Position numbers and translations under genes: made by a program
In this document: positions 5,972 through 15,880 of the stretch, piece by piece
How positions within the stretch are numbered: the first letter of the stretch is position 1
How the letters are laid out: each line of letters opens with the position of its first letter
DNA from: Planctomycetota bacterium
GTDB taxonomy: Bacteria; Planctomycetota; Phycisphaerae; UBA1845; CAIVHJ01
Length of the DNA: 34,703 nucleotides
Assembly: GCA_022573485.1 (NCBI GenBank)
Contig: JACZTW010000003.1
Span: 1 to 34,703, forward strand
Direction: 5' to 3'
Notes under the pieces: generated by a model
Seen by the model: the letters and a program-made list of their open reading frames with translations, nothing else
Databases searched by the model: none
Told to the model about the DNA's origin: nothing

Positions 5972-8900
5972 TCAAGGAATGCCCAGCCCGGTAAGGCATT
6001 GGATGTCGGCTGCAGGGTCTGCCAACCACAGATCGGAATGGCCGTCGGCGGTGATGTCGCCGAATCTCACGGCCTGACCGGTGTCCTGTCCGCTCAGCAA
6101 GGCCATATCAAAGTCGTTGTCCGTGTCTGAGTACCGCAGGGGCGGACCGTTCGAACTGATCGGGCCGAACAAAACGTACGCATCGCCCGTGCCGTAGTTG
6201 CCGACGATCAGGTCGAGATCCCCGTCACCATCGAGATCGCCCAACGCCGTCGCGTGGCCTAGAATCCCTATGCTCACGGTTCGCGTATTGATGATCTCCA
6301 CGATGCCGTTGCGCGTGATCGGACCGCTGGTATTGATCGTCGGCGGAATGATCCGCACGGCGTTCTCGCCCGGCAATCCCACGATGACGTCGTCGAAGGT
6401 GCCGGCGCTGCTGGTGAAAGGACCGCTGACGATGTCTCCCGGCAAGCCGTCGCTGCCGAGCATGTCCGTCGATCCCGCGTATGTGTACTGGATCGCGGGC
6501 TGGGCGCTCAGGCTCCCTTCCGCACCGGGGAATAAGAACAGCCCTCCCGTGGTCGTGCCTGCCCCAGCAGTCGCCACCCAGAGATCCATCGGCCCGCCGT
6601 CGAAGTTGCCCACGCCCAGCGAGGCGCCGAAAAATTCGTCGCTGCCGGCCGTGCCGTTGAGCGCCACTCCGTTACTCCCGGCGACAGCGACCGTGAGCGG
6701 CCCCGACGGCGGCAAGTTGTTGGCCGGGAGCGTGCTGGGCCGGCCGTAGATCACGTAGACAGCGCCCTCATCGTTGCTGACACCGTCTTCGTCCTCGCCG
6801 GGGGCGCTGACCGCCAAATCGTCAATGCCGTCTGCCGTAAAATCCGCGACAGCCACGTCGGCGTGCAGGCCTTCGCCGGTGGTCGCATTCTGTGTGCCGC
6901 GAGTCGTGTAGGTGCGCAGCGAGGCGCCGTCGGCCGGATCGGGACCGCCCGACAGCAGCAGCACGTAAACGTGGGACACCGTGTTGGCCGAGGCAGTATT
7001 GCTCACCACCGCGATGTCCCGATGGCCGTCGCCGTTGAAATCACCGGAGCCGATGGCGACGATTCTCTCGTCAGGACCGTTGGCAGGCAGGATGATCGCG
7101 GTGCCGATCCCCGGCGTGAAGCTATTCACCGGGGAGCTCCAATCGCCGTTGACAGCCTCGGGACCGCCATTCGCATCTGCACCGGCGGTCAGCAAGTGCG
7201 GGGCGCCGAACATGATGTGGATTACCGGGGACAGGCCCGGTGTGTTGGCAGCTCCGATCGTGCAAACGTCGCCATAGCCGTCGCCGTCAAAGTCTTCCCC
7301 CACGATCGTCTTCCTCTGGGCCACGCCCGGGCCCGTACGCCGGAAAGTATCGCCGTTACCCACGCCCACGCCGGGATGCACGACCTTGTTGGCTTCGAAC
7401 GGCTGAACTCCCGTTCCCGCCGTAAGAGCCCTCGGCTCTCCCACCTCCAAGTCCAGATTGATGAACGGCGGCTCAGCCGCCTCCACGCCGGCCTCACCAT
7501 TCACCTGCGGGTTGAGTGGGGCATCCGGCGCGTTGCCGATGTACAGCACTACCGCGCCCGACACCGGATTCGTGGGATCGGTGAGCGCCCTATTGCCGGT
7601 CACCGTGCTGCCAATGGCTTGATTCGTACCCAGCAACACCGTTGCCGCACCGACGCCCAGTTCAGTCGTGTCGATGGTGATGGTGGTGTCGATATCCTCG
7701 CCGGGCGACACTTGGACTTGCCCGAGCAAAACCACGTTGTCTGAGGGCGGCAGTCCGCTGGGCCGTGAGTAGACATTGATGAGCGTCATCAAGGTCGTGG
7801 TGTATCGGATCGGCAAAGTAAGACTGGCTCCGGGCTCAATGTAGTAGCGGGTTCGAGCGCCCGGTTGGAGTAAGACTTCCGGAGGCTCAAGCAGACCCCA
7901 GCACCCCAGCATCAGGGCCAAGTCGAACGCACCCACCGCGCCGTCTTCGTCGAAATCCGCGGGATGGCCGGGGTTCGGACCCCACGCACCGAGCAACTCT
8001 GCCAAATCCGGAGCATTGATCACGCCGTCTTGAGTCAGGTCTACCGGCAGGCAGGGATTCTCGCATTCATCCGGGACGCCGCTGCCGTCTTCGTCCGGAC
8101 TCGTGCCGTCGGCGATGTCGCACTCGTCGGGCACTTCGTTTTCGTTGCAGTCCGGGCTTCCGCCGTCGGCAATATCGCAGGAATCGTCGTTATCGTTGCC
8201 GTTGCAGTCGGTAATCACGCCCGGCTGGCACGTGCCATCGACTGGCGCGCAGAATTCGACGCCGTTGCACGCATCGCCGTCGCTGCACACGATGCCCTCA
8301 TTGACGCATCCCACGCTCGGATCGCAGGTGTCGTCCGTACAAGCGTTGAGGTCATCACAGTCCAGCGGCGTACCCGCCTGACAGGTTCCGCCAACGCACA
8401 ACTCGTCACCGTTGCACACATCGCCGTCGTCGCAGGAATTGGCATCGTTGGGCGTATTCACGCAGCCGTCCAGCGAATCGCAAATGTCGTCCGTGCAGGG
8501 ATTGAGGTCGTCGCAATCCAGTAGCGCACCTGCCTGGCAGATTCCGCCAACGCAGGTCTCGGCACCGTTGCAGACATCTCCGTCGTCGCAGGAGTTGAGA
8601 TCGTTGGGCGTATTGACACAGCCGCCCAGCGGATCACAGGCGTCATCCGTACAGGGATTAGCGTCGTCGCAATCCAGCGGCGTGCCCGCCTGACAGATCC
8701 CGCTAACACAGGCCTCGTCACCGTTGCAGACATTGCCGTCGTCGCAGGAGTTGGTATCGTTGGGCGTGTGGACGCAGCCGGCTACCGCATCGCAGGCGTC
8801 ATCCGTACAGGAATTAGCGTCGTCACAATCGGGCGGCGTACCCCCCTGACAGATCCCGCCCAGGCAGGTCTCGTCACCGTTGCAGACATCGCCGTCATCG

Positions 8901-11224
8901 CAGGAGTTGGTATCGTTGGGCGTGTTCACGCAACCGACCAGTGGATCGCAACCGTCGGCCGTGCAGGGATTAGCGTCGTCGCAATCCAGCGGCGTACCTG
9001 CCTGACAGATCCCGCCGACGCACAGCTCGTCACCGTTGCAGACATCGCCGTCGTCGCAGGACGCTCGGGCAGGCTGATCGGTACAGTCAAACCCCGGGCT
9101 GGTGCAACGCGGATCGGCGCAGCCCACCGGGTTGTCACCTTCGCCATCACCACAGCAGAACCGATTGTTAGGATTGCCGCTTTGCAGGCCGTTGCAATCC
9201 TCCGGACAGGACAGGCAATCCTCCCCATCGCCGATCTCGCAGACGCCGTTGCCACAGCTTGCACCAGCGACGGGATCGTTCACGCAGCCAATCGCAGGGT
9301 CGCACGCGTCCGTCGTACAGGCGTTGGCGTCGTCGCAATCGAGCGGCGTGCCCGCCTGACACGTCCCGCCCACGCACAGCTCGTTGCCGTTGCAGGCATC
9401 GCCGTCGTCACAGGAATTGGCATCGTTGGGCGTATTCACGCAACCACCCAGCGGATCGCAACCGTCATCCGTACAGGGATTGAGGTCATCACAGTCCAGC
9501 AGCGTACCCGCCTGACAAGCCCCGCCCACGCACAGCTCAGCGCCGTTGCACACATCGCCGTCGTCGCAGGAGTTGGCATCGTTGGGCGTGTTCACGCAAC
9601 CAGCCAGCGGATCGCAACCGTCATCCGTACAGGGATTGAGGTCATCGCAGTCCAGCGGCGTACCCACCTGACAGGCCCCGCCCATGCACAGCTCGTTGCC
9701 GTTGCAGGCATCGCCGTCGTCGCAGTTGGAATCTGCAGGCGTGAACTGGCAATCGTTCAGGGGATCACACGTATCTTCCGTGCAGCTTACACCATCATCG
9801 CAATTGGCATCATTCGCGATCGACGTGCAATCGTTGACTGGATCACAGATGTCGTCCGTGCATGCCACGCCGTCGTCGCAGATCGTGTCGTAGGGTACAT
9901 TCTGGCAATCGTTTGTAAGGTCACAGAAATCCGTAGTGCATTCGACGCCGTCGTCACACAGGCTGTGGTGCGGCAGATGCAAGCAACCAACCAACGGATT
10001 GCAGCTGTCCGCAGTGCAGCCCACCTCGTCGACACAGTTGGCGTGATTGGGCGTGTTGACGCAGCCGATGGCAGAATCACAAGTATCATCGGTACACGGG
10101 ATCCCGTCGTCGCAAAGCGAAAGATCGACGGGCTCGTTGACGCAACCGGAATTCGGATCACACGTGTCGTTCGTGCAGATATCGGCGTCATCGCACGTCG
10201 CAGGATCGATCTGGGTAATCACGCATTCGCCCGCAATCGGTTCACAGAAATCGCTGGTGCAGAAATTGAGGTCATCACAATCGCTCGATGTCATGCAGAA
10301 GCAGAAAACCGTGATTTCGTCAACGAAGATGTGGGAATTCGTTTCACGAATCTTGAACGTGGTCGTCGCCAGCCCGTCGGGGACGGATGAAAACAAGGCG
10401 AAATCGACGGTGCCCCGTGATGGGCCGGTGCTGACGAACGCAGCCAGAATCTCCGACTCCGTGATCACATAGTCGATACCATCATTTCCCGAAATGAAGA
10501 TCACGGGATCATCATTGGAGAAGTCAATCTGGTTCAAGCCAAGGAGAATCTTGTCCGCGCGCACCGGGCCATCGAAGGTGAAGATGACTTCCTCATCTTT
10601 GGCGTTTCCCTGGCCATCGATTCCCAATCCGCCGATGCCGCAGTCTGTGCGGCGAACACCCGTGCCATCGAGAGTCAGCACAACGGAGCCGGGATTACCG
10701 GGGGCATTGGGATCAGTCGGGCTGCCGGTGGCGACGCTGGTTCTCGCCGTCAGGACCACAGAAGCGGCCTGGCCTTCGCTGTTCTGGGGGCGATAAACAT
10801 CTTGACAGACGCTTCCCTGGGCAGAATCCGTCAAAACGACCGACTCAAGGATGCACGGCACAGGCTGGTTGCAGACCCCATCGAGACATGCTTCATCGCC
10901 GGGACAGACGACAGGAGTGTGGACACAAGAGAAGTCGATGCAACTATCGATGGTGCAGCCATCGCCGTCGTCGCATTCCGCGGCGCCCCCGCAGCCGACA
11001 CCCGCAGCCGAACGTCTCTGTGTGCCGGCGACATCGTGCGGTGCTACAAGCGACGAGGAATAATCCGATGGAGACCAATCGCGAGGCCGGTCCACTGAAA
11101 CGCGTGGTAACCATGCTGGCAGGAGCACCATGCTCTGCAACTGACCGACTGCAGACGGCAATCTGAGCAGCGTTTGAACTCCGAGGAGCGCCAACGCCAA
11201 TGTGAGGACCGCCCACTTATTCAC
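5972..11224 (-). CDS. Large secreted/surface protein: Cys-rich CDDGxxCTxDxC repeats, DCNxN Ca-binding-like repeats, internal dockerin-like pair, C-terminal FG-GAP propeller
   Basis: 1750-aa ORF with GTG start and hydrophobic N-terminus. FG-GAP motifs include GDFNGDGHRDIAV, ADFTADGIDDLAVSAPG...GAVYVIYG and GDLDGDGDLDLIVG. Confidence 0.9.
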   Translation of the reverse strand: MNKWAVLTLALALLGVQTLLRLPSAVGQLQSMVLLPAWLPRVSVDRPRDWSPSDYSSSLVAPHDVAGTQRRSAAGVGCGGAAECDDGDGCTIDSCIDFSCVHTPVVCPGDEACLDGVCNQPVPCILESVVLTDSAQGSVCQDVYRPQNSEGQAASVVLTARTSVATGSPTDPNAPGNPGSVVLTLDGTGVRRTDCGIGGLGIDGQGNAKDEEVIFTFDGPVRADKILLGLNQIDFSNDDPVIFISGNDGIDYVITESEILAAFVSTGPSRGTVDFALFSSVPDGLATTTFKIRETNSHIFVDEITVFCFCMTSSDCDDLNFCTSDFCEPIAGECVITQIDPATCDDADICTNDTCDPNSGCVNEPVDLSLCDDGIPCTDDTCDSAIGCVNTPNHANCVDEVGCTADSCNPLVGCLHLPHHSLCDDGVECTTDFCDLTNDCQNVPYDTICDDGVACTDDICDPVNDCTSIANDANCDDGVSCTEDTCDPLNDCQFTPADSNCDDGDACNGNELCMGGACQVGTPLDCDDLNPCTDDGCDPLAGCVNTPNDANSCDDGDVCNGAELCVGGACQAGTLLDCDDLNPCTDDGCDPLGGCVNTPNDANSCDDGDACNGNELCVGGTCQAGTPLDCDDANACTTDACDPAIGCVNDPVAGASCGNGVCEIGDGEDCLSCPEDCNGLQSGNPNNRFCCGDGEGDNPVGCADPRCTSPGFDCTDQPARASCDDGDVCNGDELCVGGICQAGTPLDCDDANPCTADGCDPLVGCVNTPNDTNSCDDGDVCNGDETCLGGICQGGTPPDCDDANSCTDDACDAVAGCVHTPNDTNSCDDGNVCNGDEACVSGICQAGTPLDCDDANPCTDDACDPLGGCVNTPNDLNSCDDGDVCNGAETCVGGICQAGALLDCDDLNPCTDDICDSLDGCVNTPNDANSCDDGDVCNGDELCVGGTCQAGTPLDCDDLNACTDDTCDPSVGCVNEGIVCSDGDACNGVEFCAPVDGTCQPGVITDCNGNDNDDSCDIADGGSPDCNENEVPDECDIADGTSPDEDGSGVPDECENPCLPVDLTQDGVINAPDLAELLGAWGPNPGHPADFDEDGAVGAFDLALMLGCWGLLEPPEVLLQPGARTRYYIEPGASLTLPIRYTTTLMTLINVYSRPSGLPPSDNVVLLGQVQVSPGEDIDTTITIDTTELGVGAATVLLGTNQAIGSTVTGNRALTDPTNPVSGAVVLYIGNAPDAPLNPQVNGEAGVEAAEPPFINLDLEVGEPRALTAGTGVQPFEANKVVHPGVGVGNGDTFRRTGPGVAQRKTIVGEDFDGDGYGDVCTIGAANTPGLSPVIHIMFGAPHLLTAGADANGGPEAVNGDWSSPVNSFTPGIGTAIILPANGPDERIVAIGSGDFNGDGHRDIAVVSNTASANTVSHVYVLLLSGGPDPADGASLRTYTTRGTQNATTGEGLHADVAVADFTADGIDDLAVSAPGEDEDGVSNDEGAVYVIYGRPSTLPANNLPPSGPLTVAVAGSNGVALNGTAGSDEFFGASLGVGNFDGGPMDLWVATAGAGTTTGGLFLFPGAEGSLSAQPAIQYTYAGSTDMLGSDGLPGDIVSGPFTSSAGTFDDVIVGLPGENAVRIIPPTINTSGPITRNGIVEIINTRTVSIGILGHATALGDLDGDGDLDLIVGNYGTGDAYVLFGPISSNGPPLRYSDTDNDFDMALLSGQDTGQAVRFGDITADGHSDLWLADPAADIQCLTGLGIP
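8290..9724 (-). repeat. Intragenic 156-bp (52-aa) tandem repeat, about 8 units in blocks of 3 and 5
   Basis: Unit CDDGDxCNGxExCVGGxCQAGTPLDCDDxNPCTDDxCDPLxGCVNTPNDxNS, interrupted at about 9059-9260 by a different Cys-rich module. Confidence 0.88.
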
Positions 11225-11740
11225 AGATTCTTCTCCACAGCTAAATGAGCCGAAATGACCGCCTGACAGAGGTGGAGCGCTTCTCTCCTAAACCGATGCG
11301 CAGGTGCGCCATGCCGATAACCAAGTCGAGTATACAGACTTGATCCAAAAAATCACAACCGATCCGACTGACCCCTCGGGATTTGCCCGCTCATCAATGA
11401 TCCTGAGCCTCTCTGCAAGCGGGCGAGCGAGTGTAACTCCCGTTCTATAATAATGTTACGATCGCACTGCCGGACCCGACAGCGGCGTGGCGCATTCTCT
11501 CCTGACCCGGATTTCAGAGTTTCTTCGTGGCAAAAACAATGTGAGAAATACGGGCTAGTGACATGTCAGTATAGGCGCACGTCGATTCAGGATCACCGTC
11601 CTATAAGAGGATTTCACCTTGGACGCAGCGCTGAAAGTCTGAATATCCGCAGTCTTCCGGGCTGGAGATGGAGCCCGTGTCTGGAATCGGACAACCGCAC
11701 GCGATACGCTCGACGCAACTCCGAAAGGAAGTCGGTGCCG

Positions 11741-13009
11741 CTACGAAATCGCCTGCAGTGCGATATCCTTGCGGTAGAATACGCCGTTGTAGTCGATCAT
11801 TCCCGCCGCACGATAGGCCAGATCCCGGGCGGCAGAGACATCCTCTCCAAGAGCCGTGACGCCCAGCACGCGGCCGCCGTTGGTCACGATCCGGCCTTGG
11901 GCCTGGGCGGTTCCCGAGTGAAAAACGACGACGTCTTCGAGTTCGCCGGCGGGGTCGAGCCCCGAAATCGGTTTGCGCCTCAAGTACGCACCAGGGTAGC
12001 CCTCCGAGGCAAGAACGACACAGACGGCTGCCCGGCGATCCCAATCGAGCGTGATGTGCTCCAGATTCCCATCGATCACGGCTTCGATAACGTCGAGAAG
12101 GTCTGTCTGAAGTCGCGCCAGGAGCACCTGCGCCTCCGGATCACCGAAGCGGCAGTTGAATTCCAGCACTTTCGGCCCCGCCGCTGTAAGCATGAGCCCG
12201 GCGTACAGCACGCCTTTGTACGGTGTTTCCCGCCGCGTCATGGCGTCGATAGCCGGCACAAGAATCTCCGAGCAGACCTGCCGCATCGTGCTCTCATCGA
12301 GAATCGCCGCCGGAGAATACGCCCCCATGCCTCCCGTGTTCGGTCCGGTGTCTCCTTCCCCGATCGGCTTGTGATCTTGCGTCGGCTCGAGAACATAGAT
12401 ATTCCGCCCATCAACCAGGGCGTGAATGGAAATCTCCGGGCCGCTAAGCCGCTCTTCAACGACGACTTTGTCACCCGCAGCGCCGAACTGCTTTTCGATC
12501 ATGATCTTGTCCAGCGCGAGCAAGGCCTCAGCCGGCTCCGAACAAACCAAGACGCCTTTGCCTTTGGCCAGTCCGGAAGCCTTGACCACCAGGGCGCAGT
12601 CCCGCGTGGCCACATACTCTCGGGCCTGCTCATAATTATCAAAGATGCGCGCTTCCGCCGTCGGGATGGCGGCGCTCTTCATGAATTGTTTGGCATAGGC
12701 CTTATCGCCCTCGATTCTGGCGGCGCCCGACGAGGGGCCGAAAATGCGCAAGCCCGCGCCCGTGAACAGATCGACGATGCCGGCGCACAAAGGATCTTCA
12801 GGGCCGACGATGGTGAGATCGATCGACTGCTGCCGGGCGAAATCCAGCAAACCGGGCAGGTCTTCCGCATCTATATTGACATTCTCGGCGATGCCCGCCG
12901 TGCCGGCATTGCCCGGGGCGCAATAGAGCTTCGTCAATCGGTCCGATTGATCGATCTTCCAGGCCAGCGCATGCTCGCGGCCGCCACTTCCCACTATCAA
13001 TACTCTCAT
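11741..13009 (-). CDS. purD: Phosphoribosylamine--glycine ligase
   Basis: MRVLIVGSGGREHAL, GPNTGGMGAY, EFNCRFGDPE and TNGGRVL motifs. Start placed at ATG 13009. Confidence 0.98.
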   Translation of the reverse strand: MRVLIVGSGGREHALAWKIDQSDRLTKLYCAPGNAGTAGIAENVNIDAEDLPGLLDFARQQSIDLTIVGPEDPLCAGIVDLFTGAGLRIFGPSSGAARIEGDKAYAKQFMKSAAIPTAEARIFDNYEQAREYVATRDCALVVKASGLAKGKGVLVCSEPAEALLALDKIMIEKQFGAAGDKVVVEERLSGPEISIHALVDGRNIYVLEPTQDHKPIGEGDTGPNTGGMGAYSPAAILDESTMRQVCSEILVPAIDAMTRRETPYKGVLYAGLMLTAAGPKVLEFNCRFGDPEAQVLLARLQTDLLDVIEAVIDGNLEHITLDWDRRAAVCVVLASEGYPGAYLRRKPISGLDPAGELEDVVVFHSGTAQAQGRIVTNGGRVLGVTALGEDVSAARDLAYRAAGMIDYNGVFYRKDIALQAIS

Positions 13010-13070
13010 GGTCCTGATAGGATGCCCGACCAATTGAGCTGGGTCAACACTGTTTGAATGCAGGCCGCCC

Positions 13071-14756
13071 GTGCTGCCAACATTGCAGAAGTACATTTTT
13101 CGCGAGATGGGCAAGACTTTCCTGCTCACGGCCATCGGCCTGACCGCCGTCTTGAGCACTTGCGGCGGGGCGGCGAGCATTCTCCCGCTGGAAAGCCTCA
13201 GCGCCCGGCAGACTCTGTTCCTGCTGGCGCTGTCCGTGCCGATCAGCACCGCTTTCACGCTACCGATTGCGGCTCTGTTCAGTGCCACCATCACCTACGG
13301 CCGACTTGCGGCGGATAATGAATTCACTGCTGTTCGCAGTGGCGGTATCAATATTCACGTGCTGTTCCTGCCGTGCCTTTTGATCAGTCTGGTGTCCGGC
13401 ATGGTGACATTCGTGCTTTTCAATTTTGCGATCCCGGGCATGATGCGCCAGATGCGCGTCATCGCTCAAAACAGCGCCGTGGACATCGTGGCCGGCGTAC
13501 TCAAGAGCGGTGAAAGCATCGATGTTTTCAGAGGCTATCGTATCCGAGCCGATGGCGTTCGACGCGTGACGCCCAATTCCGGATCGAACGATGAGGAAAC
13601 CGCGTTGTACCTGGAGAATGTCGTTTTTCTGCAGTTTGAGTCGAGTGAAGATGAATCCGGCTCTGATTCGCGGCCCGCCGGCACGAGCGCAATTAAGCAG
13701 TGGGGATGGGGCGAATCGGCGGTGATCAAGTTCTTCCATCATCAAGGTCGCCCGCAAATCGAGGTCGGTCTGGAGAACGTTACCCGATTCGGCAGCGATG
13801 GCAAGGCAGAACCTCGAGCGCCATACGTGCATCTGGGACCGCTTGAGTTTTCCCCGGGCGGACGGAGGCTTCGTCCCAAGCATCTGTCGTTGCCGGATCT
13901 GCTCGACTATCTATCGCGGCCCGAGGAGGTCTTCTCCGCTGTGACCAAAGAACTTCATCGAGCCAGAGAGGCCGTCCAGACGATGCTCCTCTTTGACCAC
14001 TTGCTGGCCTGCCTGGATCGTCAGGGAGACGGCTGTGAGCTGAAGTCCACGGGTATCACCCTCCGAATTGAGGCCGACCACGCGGAGATCGCCCGGGACT
14101 CCGCACGCAAAAGCGCTCAGCTTCGGGTGGCCGGCTTGAAGGCCATTGAGCAAACCGCAGGCCACACCAGAGAGTACCAAGCCAAGGAAGGGCGAATCCG
14201 CCTTTTGATTCAAGAAGATCAGCAACCGAGAGTTCAATTACTTTTGACCGAGGACGTCACCCTCCAGGAGATCGGCCGTCAGAACCCGGCCACCTCAATC
14301 AGAGACGTGCAGCTCGGTCCTTTCGAGCTCCCGCCGGAGGTTCAAGCGAAGTTGAACAGCGACCAATACACGGATGAGCAATTGTGGAACAAGGACGCCA
14401 GGTTTGGGCTTGGGCCTGAAGTCGATTGGCAGTTGAAGCGACTTCGCAAGCAGCGCAGCAAGTATCTGCACCAGATACTCGCCGAAATCAATGTACGAAC
14501 GGTCTACAGCATCAGCGTCCTTGTGCTGGCCGTCCTGGGCGCCGCTCTGGGGATGATCTATCGTGGCGGCCACCTCCTGGTCGCCTTCGGGATCAGCTTC
14601 GTGCCGACGTTGTTCGTCGTCGTGCTCACGATCCTGGGCAAGAACATCGCCAAGGGCGAGAGTACCTTGCTCGTCGGCCTGGCCATCATGTGGCTCGGTT
14701 TGATCATCGTAACCTCCGTGGACTATGTCGTCCTCAAACGCTACGTGCCAAGGTGA
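13071..14756 (+). CDS. lptF: LptF/LptG-family permease (LptF-like) with long periplasmic region
   Basis: TLQKYIFRE N-terminus, YGRLAADNEFTAVRSGGI motif, and a 3+3 TM layout. First of a tandem pair. Confidence 0.85.
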   Translation: MLPTLQKYIFREMGKTFLLTAIGLTAVLSTCGGAASILPLESLSARQTLFLLALSVPISTAFTLPIAALFSATITYGRLAADNEFTAVRSGGINIHVLFLPCLLISLVSGMVTFVLFNFAIPGMMRQMRVIAQNSAVDIVAGVLKSGESIDVFRGYRIRADGVRRVTPNSGSNDEETALYLENVVFLQFESSEDESGSDSRPAGTSAIKQWGWGESAVIKFFHHQGRPQIEVGLENVTRFGSDGKAEPRAPYVHLGPLEFSPGGRRLRPKHLSLPDLLDYLSRPEEVFSAVTKELHRAREAVQTMLLFDHLLACLDRQGDGCELKSTGITLRIEADHAEIARDSARKSAQLRVAGLKAIEQTAGHTREYQAKEGRIRLLIQEDQQPRVQLLLTEDVTLQEIGRQNPATSIRDVQLGPFELPPEVQAKLNSDQYTDEQLWNKDARFGLGPEVDWQLKRLRKQRSKYLHQILAEINVRTVYSISVLVLAVLGAALGMIYRGGHLLVAFGISFVPTLFVVVLTILGKNIAKGESTLLVGLAIMWLGLIIVTSVDYVVLKRYVPR

Positions 14757-14761
14757 AGCGC

Positions 14762-15853
14762 ATGGTGACCACGCTGGATCGATACATCGCGAGGCAGTTT
14801 GTCCTGAATTATGTCATTGCCTTCAGCGTACTCGTCAGCTTGTACATCGTTCTCGATTTGTTCTTCAATCTTGACGAGTTCTACCAGGGCACGGATCTGG
14901 GGATTGTTGAGATCGCGATCGCGGTGGTCAAGTACTATACCACGCAGTTGTTTTGGTATTTCTCGCAGATTTCAGGCGTGATCACGTTGTTCGCAATGGC
15001 GTTCACGTTGGCCCGGATGCAGCGCGACAATGAATTCGTAGCCATCATTTCGTCGGGTGTCAGTCTGTACCGCATCGCCCTGACGGTGATCGTCCTGGGC
15101 GTCGCTCTGAACGGGCTGTGGCTGGTGGATCAAGAGTTGATCATTCCGCGACTGGCGCCCAAGCTCGCCCAGAGTCACAAAGCCGTCGCCCTTAACGCGC
15201 CCTATGGGATCTGGTTGCTGCGTCAAAAGGATGGCTCTCTGCTCTCAGCGTCCCAATTTGACCACAACTCAGGCGTGCTCCGCGACGTCTTGATCATGCC
15301 CTCTCCTGCGGATCAGCTCGCCGAAACCATCGTGGCCGACCGGGCGACCTGGGAACCGAACCCGCAAGAAGGCCCCGGCACTTGGATTCTGGATCGAGGC
15401 CAACGGTTGTCCATCATACCCAATGACGACGGCGGCTACGACACGCTGAAAAGACCCCTGGCCAGTTTTCGGAGCGAGACGGGACCCGATGAAATCGCCC
15501 AGCGTCAATCGACTCAATGGGTTGATTTCCTCAGCCGGTCTCAACTGATGGAACTCGGTGACAGTGGGATGGGCCTGCCGGCTCGAATCGCCGCCGCCAT
15601 CCACAACCGTTTTTCGACGCCGATTGTCAACATGCTGATATTGATCATCGGCGTGCCCATTTTTCTGGATCGGCATCCGAGCACAGTCATCCAACGCGGC
15701 GGCCGGTGTTTGCTCATTTGCGGTGCGTGTTTTCTCTTCGCCTACTTTTGCCGAAGTATGACCTTCAAGGATTACGTAGCGCTTGCGGCGTGGTTGCCGA
15801 TCATTCTGCTGGCACCGGCCATGGTCGTTATGCTGGACCGAATGAAGACTTGA
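14762..15853 (+). CDS. lptG: LptF/LptG-family permease (LptG-like)
   Basis: TLDRYIARQF, MQRDNEFVAIISSGVS and LAAWLP motifs. Start is ATG 14762, immediately after the lptF-like gene. Confidence 0.87.
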   Translation: MVTTLDRYIARQFVLNYVIAFSVLVSLYIVLDLFFNLDEFYQGTDLGIVEIAIAVVKYYTTQLFWYFSQISGVITLFAMAFTLARMQRDNEFVAIISSGVSLYRIALTVIVLGVALNGLWLVDQELIIPRLAPKLAQSHKAVALNAPYGIWLLRQKDGSLLSASQFDHNSGVLRDVLIMPSPADQLAETIVADRATWEPNPQEGPGTWILDRGQRLSIIPNDDGGYDTLKRPLASFRSETGPDEIAQRQSTQWVDFLSRSQLMELGDSGMGLPARIAAAIHNRFSTPIVNMLILIIGVPIFLDRHPSTVIQRGGRCLLICGACFLFAYFCRSMTFKDYVALAAWLPIILLAPAMVVMLDRMKT

Positions 15854-15880
15854 GCATCCGGCGAGCTGCCTGCGGAACGG

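Noticed and set aside
8290-9724. Periodic repeats as possible CRISPR array or DGR template/variable repeats
   Set aside because: Units are in-frame coding repeats without unique spacers, and no cas or reverse transcriptase gene is present.
8768-10390. 540-aa plus-strand ORF with repeats
   Set aside because: Antisense shadow of the repetitive Cys-rich gene, with no independent motifs.
11225-11740. 515-bp intergenic region as possible ncRNA
   Set aside because: Only a short palindrome (TGACATGTCA) and AT-rich patches were seen, with no recognisable RNA family. An Rfam scan would be needed.
11453-13057. 534-aa plus-strand ORF
   Set aside because: Antisense to purD; long shadow ORFs are expected in GC-rich DNA.
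13010-13294. N-terminal extension of the purD ORF in the track (similar extensions for lptG, polA, frr and the prepilin gene)
   Set aside because: Extensions overlap neighbouring genes or precede the conserved N-terminal motif, so downstream starts were chosen.
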